Shown: one piece after another, positions 48,577 to 57,173 of the stretch
How positions within the stretch are numbered: the first letter of the stretch is position 1
How the letters are laid out: each line of letters starts with the position of its first letter
Assembly (NCBI GenBank): GCA_023257625.1
Contig: JALRBW010000004.1
Location: 57,560-121,559 of the forward strand
Length of the DNA stretch: 64,000 bases
Origin: Flavobacteriaceae bacterium
GTDB taxonomy: Bacteria; Bacteroidota; Bacteroidia; Flavobacteriales; Flavobacteriaceae
Direction: 5' to 3'
The notes under the pieces: generated by a model
What the model was told of the DNA's origin: nothing
What the model saw: the letters and a program-made list of their open reading frames with translations, nothing else
Database searches by the model: none
Position numbers and translations under genes: made by a program

Positions 48577-49509
48577 ATGACCCGGAGCCTTTTACTTTGC
48601 CTTACATTTCTATTTTACACTTGTCAAAAAGAGAATACCTCTTATCGCCAAGATAATTTGCTTGAAAATAGCTTAGGTATTGCAGCTACGCCCTCCCCTT
48701 TTGGAGAAAATTCACTTTTTTTTGAAAATATAGCATACGGTTCTGGAGCTAGAAATATTTTAGATGTTTTTCTTCCAAAAAAAGTAAAACCTGTTGGTGT
48801 AGTTGTTTTTTTTCATGGCGGAGGTTTTGTTTCTGGAGATAAGTCAGACGCCTATGCAGATTTTTTAAAAAATACTATGCTACAGCTTTTAAATGAAGGA
48901 GTAGCAATAGTTAGTGCAAATTATACTTTAATTAATAGCCCGAATGCTTCTGGAGTTATTTCATCATTAAATGATGGTGAAATGGTACTTAACTTTATTA
49001 AAAATAAACTTGAAGTACTCAATATTCCAAAAAATAAAATTTTATTAGCAGGAGTCTCTGCTGGTGCAGGCATTGCCCAATGGAATGGATACCGTGAGGC
49101 GAGTAATGATCAAGTTCAAGGAATTGTCGCTTTAGCCGCCCAAAGTACCTATAATTTATATGAATGGGAAAACGTTTTTCTAGGATTTAAGCTAGATGAA
49201 TTACGTAATTCTAATTTGGATATTGAAAATATATTTCAACTTTTTTACAATGGTACCCCCACGCAAACAGACCTAGAAGCTGTTGATTACAGAGCTTTTA
49301 TGGATAGTGATGATCCCCCTGTTTATATACTTAATCAAGCGGGAGATCAAGTCATTGATGCAGAGGGAAATCTAGACTTTGATGTTTTGTATCACAGTTT
49401 TTTACACGGTGATTATCTTCGTAAAAAAGCGATTGAAGTAGGGCTTACCTATTCAGGTGTTTTTGTAGAAAGCCCCGAAGAATTTATACTTAGAATCCTT
49501 CGTCTTTAA
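48577..49509 (+). CDS. Alpha/beta hydrolase (esterase/lipase type), probable lipoprotein
   Basis: Oxyanion-hole HGGGF and nucleophile elbow GVSAGAG. N-terminal LLLCLTFLFYTC. Confidence 0.8.
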   Translation: MTRSLLLCLTFLFYTCQKENTSYRQDNLLENSLGIAATPSPFGENSLFFENIAYGSGARNILDVFLPKKVKPVGVVVFFHGGGFVSGDKSDAYADFLKNTMLQLLNEGVAIVSANYTLINSPNASGVISSLNDGEMVLNFIKNKLEVLNIPKNKILLAGVSAGAGIAQWNGYREASNDQVQGIVALAAQSTYNLYEWENVFLGFKLDELRNSNLDIENIFQLFYNGTPTQTDLEAVDYRAFMDSDDPPVYILNQAGDQVIDAEGNLDFDVLYHSFLHGDYLRKKAIEVGLTYSGVFVESPEEFILRILRL

Positions 49510-49788
49510 TAAAGGTTTCTTGCTTATTTACGACTTAAAAGAACCATTTCAGAGAAGAATCTCAAACCGCAGAAGGTGAAGCCTTACATGACGATAAAAA
49601 CTTTAACTGTGTGGCGGCATGGGAATACAAAGGAAATCCATCAAAAGCACATCTTCACAAGGAACTTGAGTACCTTTCTTTCCGGCCCAAATCCTAAATA
49701 AGTTTTCAATAAAAGCTATTCAGCTTCATGTATTGGGCCGTAAAATTTAAAATCTCAAATTCCTACACTCTTTTTACATTCGGATACG

Positions 49789-49796
49789 TACTTTTG
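49789..49796 (+). promoter_or_regulatory. -7 promoter box TACTTTTG, 4 nt upstream of the thiL ATG
   Basis: Exact TAnnTTTG match; sequence context TACTTTTGcgggATG. Confidence 0.4.
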
Positions 49797-49800
49797 CGGG

Positions 49801-50853
49801 ATGTTTGATGATAAAAACCCTTCGAAAACCCCACTTTCAGATTTAGGTGAATTTGCTTTAATTGATTTATTAACGAAAAACTTCACTCTTAAAAATAAAT
49901 CTAGCCTTTTAGGAATTGGAGATGATGCTGCACTTCTTGATTACGAAAAAAATACGATTGTAGTAACTACGGATTTGTTGGTAGAAGGTGTTCATTTTGA
50001 TTTATCATATATGCCCTTAAAGCATTTAGGATATAAAGCAGTTGTGGTTAATGTTTCTGATCTCTATGCCATGAATGCCAAGCCAAGTCAGATTACAGTT
50101 TCATTTGCTGCATCGAATCGATTTACTTTTGAGGCCCTAGAAGCGTTATATGAAGGTTTAGCAGCCGCTTGTAATCATTATGGAGTAGACTTAATTGGGG
50201 GTGATACAACCAGTAGTACCTCTGGTTTAACAATTTCAATTACGGCCTTAGGGAGTGCTCAAAAAAATAAAATTACAAAAAGAAGTGGTGCTCAAGAAAA
50301 TGATCTAGTAGTTGTTAGTGGTGATCTTGGAGGGGCCTTCGCTGGTTTACAAATTTTAGAACGTGAAAAAGCAGTGTTTAAAGTTAACCCTAATAATCAA
50401 CCCGACCTAAGTCAATATACCTACGGTATTCAACGTCAATTAAAACCAGAAGCTCGTAAAGATGTTATTGACCTTTTAGAATCATTAAATATTCTTCCTA
50501 CTTCCATGATTGATATTAGTGACGGATTATCTTCTGAACTTCTTCATCTTGCTAAAGCATCAAAAGTGGGATTTCATATTTATGAAGAAAAGCTTCCAAT
50601 TGATCCAGAAGTAATTCTTATATGTGAAGAATTCAAATTAAATTCTACCACTGTAGCAATGAATGGAGGAGAAGATTATGAACTTTTATTTACCGTTTCC
50701 CAAAAGGATTATGAAAAAATTAAAAATCATCCTTATTTAACAATTATTGGTCATGTAACTGAAGAACAAACAGGATGCCAATTGATAAACGGACTAGGGG
50801 TTACTATCCCTATTACAGCACAAGGATGGCAATCTTTTAATAAAGAGGATTAA
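49801..50853 (+). CDS. thiL: Thiamine-monophosphate kinase
   Basis: LSDLGEFALID and IGDDAALL motifs. AIR synthase-related fold. Confidence 0.9.
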   Translation: MFDDKNPSKTPLSDLGEFALIDLLTKNFTLKNKSSLLGIGDDAALLDYEKNTIVVTTDLLVEGVHFDLSYMPLKHLGYKAVVVNVSDLYAMNAKPSQITVSFAASNRFTFEALEALYEGLAAACNHYGVDLIGGDTTSSTSGLTISITALGSAQKNKITKRSGAQENDLVVVSGDLGGAFAGLQILEREKAVFKVNPNNQPDLSQYTYGIQRQLKPEARKDVIDLLESLNILPTSMIDISDGLSSELLHLAKASKVGFHIYEEKLPIDPEVILICEEFKLNSTTVAMNGGEDYELLFTVSQKDYEKIKNHPYLTIIGHVTEEQTGCQLINGLGVTIPITAQGWQSFNKED

Positions 50854-51665
50854 CTTAGTCCTACATCAAGTGTCATCATGACTATAAATCCACCAATAAA
50901 ACCAAGAGTGGCAATATCTGTGTATTTGTCTTGTTGTGTTTCTGGAATTACTTCTTCTACCACCACAAAAATCATTGCCCCCGCAGCAAATGCTAAGGCA
51001 TAAGGAAGAATAGGGGTAAAAAAAGTAACGGCTACAGCGCCAACTACAGCAGCTATAGGTTCAACTATAGCAGAAAGTTGACCGTACCAAAAACACTTTA
51101 ATCTACTTACTCCTTGACGTCTCATCGGCATTGATACCGCAATACCTTCTGGAAAATTTTGAATTCCTATACCAATGGCTAAAGCTAAAGCTCCTGCAAT
51201 TGATGCCTCTGGAATGCCAGCGGCTACACCACCAAAAAGAACTCCAACAGCCAATCCCTCAGGAATATTATGAAGTGTTATGGCCATTACCATTAAAGTA
51301 GTTCTTCGCCAAGGTGTTCTTATCCCTTCCGTTTCTTTAAAATTGATATGGACATGAGGTAAAATTCTGTCTAAGCCAAAAATAAAAAGTGCCCCCAGAC
51401 CAAACCCTACTATAGATGGAATTACTTTAACAAAACCTGTTCCAGGACTCATTTCAATCCCTGGAGCTAATAAACTCCAAAAACTAGCCGCTACCATAAC
51501 CCCACCAGTAAAACCTAGTAAACCATCTAAAACAGCACGATTCATAGTTTTAACAAAAAAAACCATGGATGCTCCTAAAGCTGTAATCCCCCATGTGAAT
51601 AATGAAGCATAAAGTGCTCCTAAAACGGGATCTAGGGATTCAAAAAACTGTACTAGATTTTCCAT
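50850..51665 (-). CDS. ZIP family metal transporter
   Basis: HNIPEGLAVG and QNFPEGIAV motifs with 8 hydrophobic helices. Confidence 0.88.
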   Translation of the reverse strand: MENLVQFFESLDPVLGALYASLFTWGITALGASMVFFVKTMNRAVLDGLLGFTGGVMVAASFWSLLAPGIEMSPGTGFVKVIPSIVGFGLGALFIFGLDRILPHVHINFKETEGIRTPWRRTTLMVMAITLHNIPEGLAVGVLFGGVAAGIPEASIAGALALAIGIGIQNFPEGIAVSMPMRRQGVSRLKCFWYGQLSAIVEPIAAVVGAVAVTFFTPILPYALAFAAGAMIFVVVEEVIPETQQDKYTDIATLGFIGGFIVMMTLDVGLS

Positions 51666-51748
51666 ATTCAGAATTTATGACAAAAATAAAGAGTTCTTAA
51701 GGATTCACAATTCATTCTATGGGTTTTAATTACTTTTACAGTACAGCT

Positions 51749-52903
51749 ATGAAAAATAACAGGTTCGATTATATCATTTGTGGAGGTGGGTCTTCTGGAT
51801 TACTATTATTAAAAGAGCTATTAGCAGACCCTTATTTTGAAAATTATCAAATTGCTTTAATTGAAAAAGAGGTTAAAAATTCAAACGACCGTACTTGGTG
51901 TTTTTGGGAAAATCAATCTTCTGATTTTGAAGATTTGTTAGTCACTCAATGGACCAAAGCGCGGTTTGATTCTTCATCGCACTCACTTGAATTTTCTTTG
52001 GCTCCTTATACTTATAAAATGTTACGCGCCGAACCCTTTTACAGGGCACTTTACGATTCATTTTCAAAATTCAAACAAATAACCCTAATTACTGCGGAAA
52101 TCAAATCGTTAAATACATTTTCTGATTATACAGAGGTAAATACAGACAAGGGAACCTTTATTTCCAAATTTGTATTAAATAGTGTTTTTGATCCAAATAT
52201 TCTTTTGAATCAAAAAAAATATCCAGTATTACAACAACATTTCGTTGGTTGGTTTGTAACAACTTCAACCCCGTGTTTTGATAAAAATTCCATTCAGTTT
52301 ATGGATTTTTCAATTCCTCAACTTAATGAAACTCGCTTTATGTATATGCTCCCGATATCAAAAACCCATGCCCTTTTTGAATATACTTTATTTTCTGCAG
52401 AAAAGTTAGCCATAGAAGAATATGAACAAGGAATAGAATTCTATTTAAAACGCTTAGGTATTTCAACATATCAAATTGAAGAAAAAGAATACGGAAGTAT
52501 ACCAATGACCTGTTTTCCCTTTGAAAAACAAAATTCACCTAGCCTTTTGCATATAGGCACTGCTGGTGGCTGGACAAAGGCAAGTACAGGTTTTACCTTT
52601 AAAAACACTACACGACAGGTAAAGAAACTGGTTCCATTTTTAAAAACCCATAAACCGCTAAACAAATTTAGTTCTCGAAATCGATTTTACTATTACGACT
52701 TACTTTTTTTAGATGTCCTTTTCAACTACAATGCAAAAGGGAGTGAGTTATTTGAACGTATGTTTACTAAAAATTCACCCCAACAAATTTTTAGATTTTT
52801 AGACGAACAAACTCATTTTGGGGAAGAATTAAAAATTTTATCTTCTTATTCTCTTACTCAAATTTCTTGGTTTTTAAAAGCATTAATGAAACGGCTTTTT
52901 TAA
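51749..52903 (+). CDS. crtY: Lycopene cyclase family protein (CrtY-type flavoprotein)
   Basis: FAD motif DYIICGGGSSGLLL and DRTWCFWE. Start placed at MKNNRFDY. Confidence 0.7.
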   Translation: MKNNRFDYIICGGGSSGLLLLKELLADPYFENYQIALIEKEVKNSNDRTWCFWENQSSDFEDLLVTQWTKARFDSSSHSLEFSLAPYTYKMLRAEPFYRALYDSFSKFKQITLITAEIKSLNTFSDYTEVNTDKGTFISKFVLNSVFDPNILLNQKKYPVLQQHFVGWFVTTSTPCFDKNSIQFMDFSIPQLNETRFMYMLPISKTHALFEYTLFSAEKLAIEEYEQGIEFYLKRLGISTYQIEEKEYGSIPMTCFPFEKQNSPSLLHIGTAGGWTKASTGFTFKNTTRQVKKLVPFLKTHKPLNKFSSRNRFYYYDLLFLDVLFNYNAKGSELFERMFTKNSPQQIFRFLDEQTHFGEELKILSSYSLTQISWFLKALMKRLF

Positions 52904-53892
52904 AATTTACGCTCCATCAAGTTGGTACCAAAATCTTTAAAAAAGTATTTCCCTTCATCCCCCATCTTTAAGTTTTCCAAATGATGAAAGGCTTTTTGAG
53001 TATATTCTTCAACTAGTTCTAAGGTAGCGGTTGTAGCTCCTGATTGTGTGAAAATAGTTTTAACGGCATTTATTTTTTCTTCCTCTGAAACTTTATCATT
53101 TGATATAGAAAACCAGTGCTTTAAATCTTGATGATCCTTTGAAGTTCCCTTTTGCATAGCCAAATGAAATAAAATAGTTTTCTTATTTTCAATAATATCC
53201 CCACCCAACTGCTTTCCAAAAACCTTAGGATCACCAAAGGCATCCAAATAATCATCTTGAATTTGAAATGCTAGGCCTAAAAGTACCCCAAATTCATACA
53301 GCTGCATTGCCTGATTTGCCTCAGCATGCGCTATGTGTGCACCCATCTCAAGAGCTGCACCCAACAAAACAGCCGTCTTAAGCTTGATCATCCTGATATA
53401 TTCCTCTAAGGTAACGTTAGTTTGGGTTTCAAAATCCAAATCGTATTGTTGTCCTTCACAAACTGCTAATGCTGTTGAACTTAAGAGGCGTGATAAGATT
53501 CCGTGTAAAGGATCCGGATATTTTTCCAATAGTTGATATGACTGGATGAGCATAGCATCCCCAGAAAGTATAGCTGTATTAACATTCCATTGATGATGAA
53601 CTGTAGGCTTTCCTCGACGTAGTGGAGCGGCATCCATAATATCATCGTGCATTAACGTGAAATTATGGAAAACTTCAATAGCCAAAGCCGCAGGTAAGGC
53701 ATGTTCAGCTTTACCACCATAGGCCTCTACAGCAAGTAATGTTAAAACCGGACGAAGCCTTTTTCCTCCTAAGGTCAATAAATAGTGAGCGGGATCATAG
53801 AGTCCTTTTGGATCTTTTGAAATAGCATACCCTTCCAAATAAGAAGTAAAAAGCAATTGGTAGGCCGAAAGCGATGTCATCTTTTTTAACAA
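52900..53892 (-). CDS. Polyprenyl diphosphate synthase (trans-IPPS)
   Basis: First Asp-rich motif LMHDDIMD and second motif QIQDDYLDAFGD. Confidence 0.9.
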   Translation of the reverse strand: MLKKMTSLSAYQLLFTSYLEGYAISKDPKGLYDPAHYLLTLGGKRLRPVLTLLAVEAYGGKAEHALPAALAIEVFHNFTLMHDDIMDAAPLRRGKPTVHHQWNVNTAILSGDAMLIQSYQLLEKYPDPLHGILSRLLSSTALAVCEGQQYDLDFETQTNVTLEEYIRMIKLKTAVLLGAALEMGAHIAHAEANQAMQLYEFGVLLGLAFQIQDDYLDAFGDPKVFGKQLGGDIIENKKTILFHLAMQKGTSKDHQDLKHWFSISNDKVSEEEKINAVKTIFTQSGATTATLELVEEYTQKAFHHLENLKMGDEGKYFFKDFGTNLMERKF

Positions 53893-53930
53893 AAGTAAGT
53901 TTTTGTCTGATTATCAAAAAAAGAAACTTT

Positions 53931-53958
53931 GGAAACTTTATTTGGTATTGCAGTTTCC
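53931..53958. promoter_or_regulatory. Inverted repeat GGAAACT-N14-AGTTTCC, candidate TetR operator
   Basis: 7-bp perfect arms at 53931-53937 and 53952-53958, just upstream of the -7 box of the tetR-efflux operon. The left arm is also part of a tandem GAAACTTT direct repeat (53923-53930, 53932-53939). Confidence 0.3.
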
Positions 53959-53963
53959 TTTTC

Positions 53964-53971
53964 TATATTTG
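53964..53971 (+). promoter_or_regulatory. -7 promoter box TATATTTG upstream of tetR
   Basis: Exact TAnnTTTG match 13 nt upstream of ATG 53985. Confidence 0.45.
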
Positions 53972-53984
53972 CAATAAAATTGCT

Positions 53985-54590
53985 ATGCGTGAAGAGATTG
54001 TAAAAGAATCTACTACGCTTTTCTTAAAATACGGATTTAAAAGCGTAACAATGGATGAGATTGCTCAGCACATGAGGATTTCAAAAAAAACAATTTACAA
54101 CCATTTCCCAAATAAAGAACAATTGGTTGAAGAAAGTGCTATTGCTCATTTTGAGTTTATTATCGACCGAATTAAAACCATATCTAATCAAGCAAAAGAT
54201 CCTATCATTGAGCTGTACCAACTTAAAAAAGAAGCAACCCAGCATTTGTCAAACGAAAAAAATTCTCCTCAATATCAATTACAGAAATTTTATCCTAAAA
54301 TATATGTTGGGCTAAAAAAAAGAGAGTTTAGAGAATTGGGAAAATTTTTTTCTAATAGTATTAGAAAAGGAATAAATACAGGATTATTCCGCCCCGATTT
54401 AGATGTCGATTTTGTAACTCGGATCTTCTTTAACGGTATAAGAGGAATTTCAGATATCGAACTTTTCCCTATTGAAAACTATAAAATTGATCATTTAATG
54501 ATTGTGTTTTCTGAATATCATTTACGAGCTATATCAACCTCTGTAGGAATCGAAAAACTAGAAAAATACAAACAAGAACTAAACTTATGA
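53985..54590 (+). CDS. TetR/AcrR family transcriptional regulator
   Basis: HTH segment FKSVTMDEIAQHMRISKKTIYNHF. Start moved to MREEIVKE; the track extension overlaps the divergent gene. Confidence 0.88.
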   Translation: MREEIVKESTTLFLKYGFKSVTMDEIAQHMRISKKTIYNHFPNKEQLVEESAIAHFEFIIDRIKTISNQAKDPIIELYQLKKEATQHLSNEKNSPQYQLQKFYPKIYVGLKKREFRELGKFFSNSIRKGINTGLFRPDLDVDFVTRIFFNGIRGISDIELFPIENYKIDHLMIVFSEYHLRAISTSVGIEKLEKYKQELNL

Positions 54591-55948
54591 TGCGTCAAAT
54601 CTTTAAATTTTTGGGGCTTTTTGTGGTTATTCAGCTCACACAAGCACAAACCCTGCCTGATACTATTTCTTTAGAAGAAGCCCTTGCTTTTGGAATTGAA
54701 AATAATAGAACTATTGCTAACGCTAGTCGAGAGGTGCAACGGGCTTATAAAGAACGTTGGGGCACTATTGCTATTGGACTTCCACAAATAAGTGCAAGTG
54801 CAAATTATCAAAATTTTATTGAATTGCCTACTTCGTTAATTCCCGCTCAGTTTTTTGGAGGAAAAGAAGGTGAGTTTGCAGAAGTTCAATTTGGAACACC
54901 TCAAACTTTAATTGCTGGGGTTCGAGTTGATCAATTGATTTTTGATGGGTCCTATCTGGTAGGATTAGAAGCTAGCAAAGTGTATTTAGCTATTTCTGAA
55001 AACCTTTTAGAAAAAACAGTAATAGAAATTCGAAAAAATATAGTCACAACATATTCTTCTGTATTATTACTAAGAGCAAATATTACCTTCTTAGAACAAA
55101 ATAGTGCCAGTTTAAAGTCAACACTTTCTGAACTTAGTCAGCTTTACCAAAATGGTTTTGAAGAAGAAGAAAGCGTTGAACAAATTCGATTAACCCTTTC
55201 AGGAATTGAAACTCAATTGCGATATGCTAAAAACAGTGAGCGCATAACTCTTGATATGCTCAAATTATTGATCGGGTTTCCAACTGAAATTCCACTCTTT
55301 CTGTCTGACTCCTTAGAAAAAATAGCTTCCGATGGGCTTTTTGAAAGTGAACCAACAGACTATACTCTATTGGAAAACAATATTGATATTAAAATTGCTG
55401 AAAACAATTTGTTATCTGAGAAAATGCTTTATAAACTTGAGCGATCTAAGAATATTCCACGTCTTTCAGCCTTTATAAATGGTAATTATACGGGAAACAG
55501 TCAAACATTTTCATTTACTCAAGCTGATCAAAAATGGTTTGGAGCATCACTTTTTGGCGTAAATCTTCAAGTGCCCTTATTTAGCTCATTTCAACGCAAC
55601 GCCCTCTCACAAAAAGCAAAGATAGCTATGGAGCAAGCACAGTCTTCTTTAGAAGAAACTCAGGAGCGTGTTTATGTAGAAGTGCAAGCTGCATATAATG
55701 ACTACCAGCTTTCAGTAGACACCTACTTTACCCAAAAAGAAAATTTAGCATTAGCTGGACGTATTGAAGAAAAAAACCAGACAAAATTTTTTGAGGGTGT
55801 AGCCAGTTCATTTGAATTAAGAGAAGCGCAAATACAATTATATAACGCCCAAAATAATTACATCCAAGCTTTACAAAATGTAATTCAAAAAAAATTGACT
55901 TTAGAAACTTTAGTGAATACCCCAAATGAAAACAACATCAAAAAATAA
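54587..55948 (+). CDS. TolC family outer-membrane efflux protein
   Basis: Signal peptide and a two-repeat OEP architecture. ATGA overlap with tetR. Confidence 0.85.
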   Translation: MMRQIFKFLGLFVVIQLTQAQTLPDTISLEEALAFGIENNRTIANASREVQRAYKERWGTIAIGLPQISASANYQNFIELPTSLIPAQFFGGKEGEFAEVQFGTPQTLIAGVRVDQLIFDGSYLVGLEASKVYLAISENLLEKTVIEIRKNIVTTYSSVLLLRANITFLEQNSASLKSTLSELSQLYQNGFEEEESVEQIRLTLSGIETQLRYAKNSERITLDMLKLLIGFPTEIPLFLSDSLEKIASDGLFESEPTDYTLLENNIDIKIAENNLLSEKMLYKLERSKNIPRLSAFINGNYTGNSQTFSFTQADQKWFGASLFGVNLQVPLFSSFQRNALSQKAKIAMEQAQSSLEETQERVYVEVQAAYNDYQLSVDTYFTQKENLALAGRIEEKNQTKFFEGVASSFELREAQIQLYNAQNNYIQALQNVIQKKLTLETLVNTPNENNIKK

Positions 55949-55991
55949 ATTTCTCCTCAAGAGAATTAAAGTAATTAAAAAAACTTTTACT

Positions 55992-57161
55992 ATGAAAAAT
56001 AAATTCTTGTTACCAGGTTTCTTCGTACTAGCACTTGCTTGTGAGCAGCCCTCTAAAACAGCTCCCATTGAATCTTTAGATGAAATGAACATAGAAGCAT
56101 TGCAAAATAAAAAAGCAGACTACTCTGCTCAACTTAATACGCTTACTCAAAACCTTAACGAAATCAATGCTGCAATTGAAGCAAAATCTGGAAATGAAAA
56201 ACGTATTTTGGTATCTGCCTTTACAGCAAATCCTCAACGCTTTGATCATGCAATTGAACTTCAAGCCAATATTAATACACGAAAAAATGTAGAGCTCTAC
56301 CCCGAATTAGGTGGTCGTTTAAAGGAAATTAAAGTACAAGAAGGTCAAAAAGTAAAAAAAGGTACCCTTTTAGCTTTATTTGATGATTCCGGAATGCAAG
56401 ATCAAGTAGAGCAATTAGAATTACAAATGGAACTTGCAAAAACTGGTTTTGAAAGAACAAAACGCCTTTGGGAGCAAAAAATAGGCTCTGAAATGATGTT
56501 TTTAGAAGCTCAAACAAGATATAAAGCGCTTGTAAAGCAAGTTTCACAAATGAATGATCAATTAGCAAAGTCAAAAGTATATGCTCCTTTTGACGGTATA
56601 GTTGATGAAATTATTGCAAAGATTGGAGCCACTTTAACGCCTGGAATGAGTCCGATAATGCGAATTGTAAATCTCGAAGAAATGTATATTGAAGCTGACG
56701 TTCCAGAAAGTTATTTGTCTCTAATTAAGATAGGTAGTAAAGCCAAAGTATTCATCCCAGTACTCAATCTAGGGCAAGACACTGAAATTCGTCAAACGGG
56801 TAATTTTATTAAAGCAAGTAACCGTACTTTTCGGATCGAAGCCCCATTAAAAAATCCGGAAGGAATTATTAAACCCAATCTTAATGCTAAAATCAGTGTA
56901 ATTGATTACAGCAATGAAACTGCTATTATTATTCCACAACGGGTCATAAGAGAAAATGCAGAGGGCAATCCTTATGTGTTTGTTTTAACTCAGCCAGAGC
57001 AAGATAATACCTATGTAGCTGAACAGCGCTTCATATCTCTTGGTAAAACAAAAGAAGAATGGATTGAAGTAGTAAATGGAATTTCATCTGGTGATTTTGT
57101 TGTTGACGACGGTGCTTCTACTCTCTCTCCAAATCAAAAAGTAAAAAGAATTCTAGAATAA
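55992..57161 (+). CDS. Efflux RND transporter periplasmic adaptor subunit (MFP/HlyD)
   Basis: Lipobox VLALAC (start at MKNKFLL), coiled-coil hairpin and barrel-sandwich motif (YAPFDGIV). Confidence 0.88.
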   Translation: MKNKFLLPGFFVLALACEQPSKTAPIESLDEMNIEALQNKKADYSAQLNTLTQNLNEINAAIEAKSGNEKRILVSAFTANPQRFDHAIELQANINTRKNVELYPELGGRLKEIKVQEGQKVKKGTLLALFDDSGMQDQVEQLELQMELAKTGFERTKRLWEQKIGSEMMFLEAQTRYKALVKQVSQMNDQLAKSKVYAPFDGIVDEIIAKIGATLTPGMSPIMRIVNLEEMYIEADVPESYLSLIKIGSKAKVFIPVLNLGQDTEIRQTGNFIKASNRTFRIEAPLKNPEGIIKPNLNAKISVIDYSNETAIIIPQRVIRENAEGNPYVFVLTQPEQDNTYVAEQRFISLGKTKEEWIEVVNGISSGDFVVDDGASTLSPNQKVKRILE

Positions 57162-57173
57162 GAATATCCCCAT

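Noticed and set aside
49510-49800. TPP (THI-box) riboswitch upstream of thiL
   Set aside because: The conserved CUGAGA core is absent (the closest match is CAGAGA), I could not find the ACCUGAUCUGGAUAAUGCCAGCG-like segment, and the -7 promoter box sits downstream of the structured part. An Infernal scan would be definitive.
53874-53984. N-terminal extension of the TetR ORF (MSSFLTKVSFCLIIKK...)
   Set aside because: It overlaps the divergent polyprenyl synthase start and contains the promoter box and inverted repeat. The TetR HTH domain begins right after ATG 53985.
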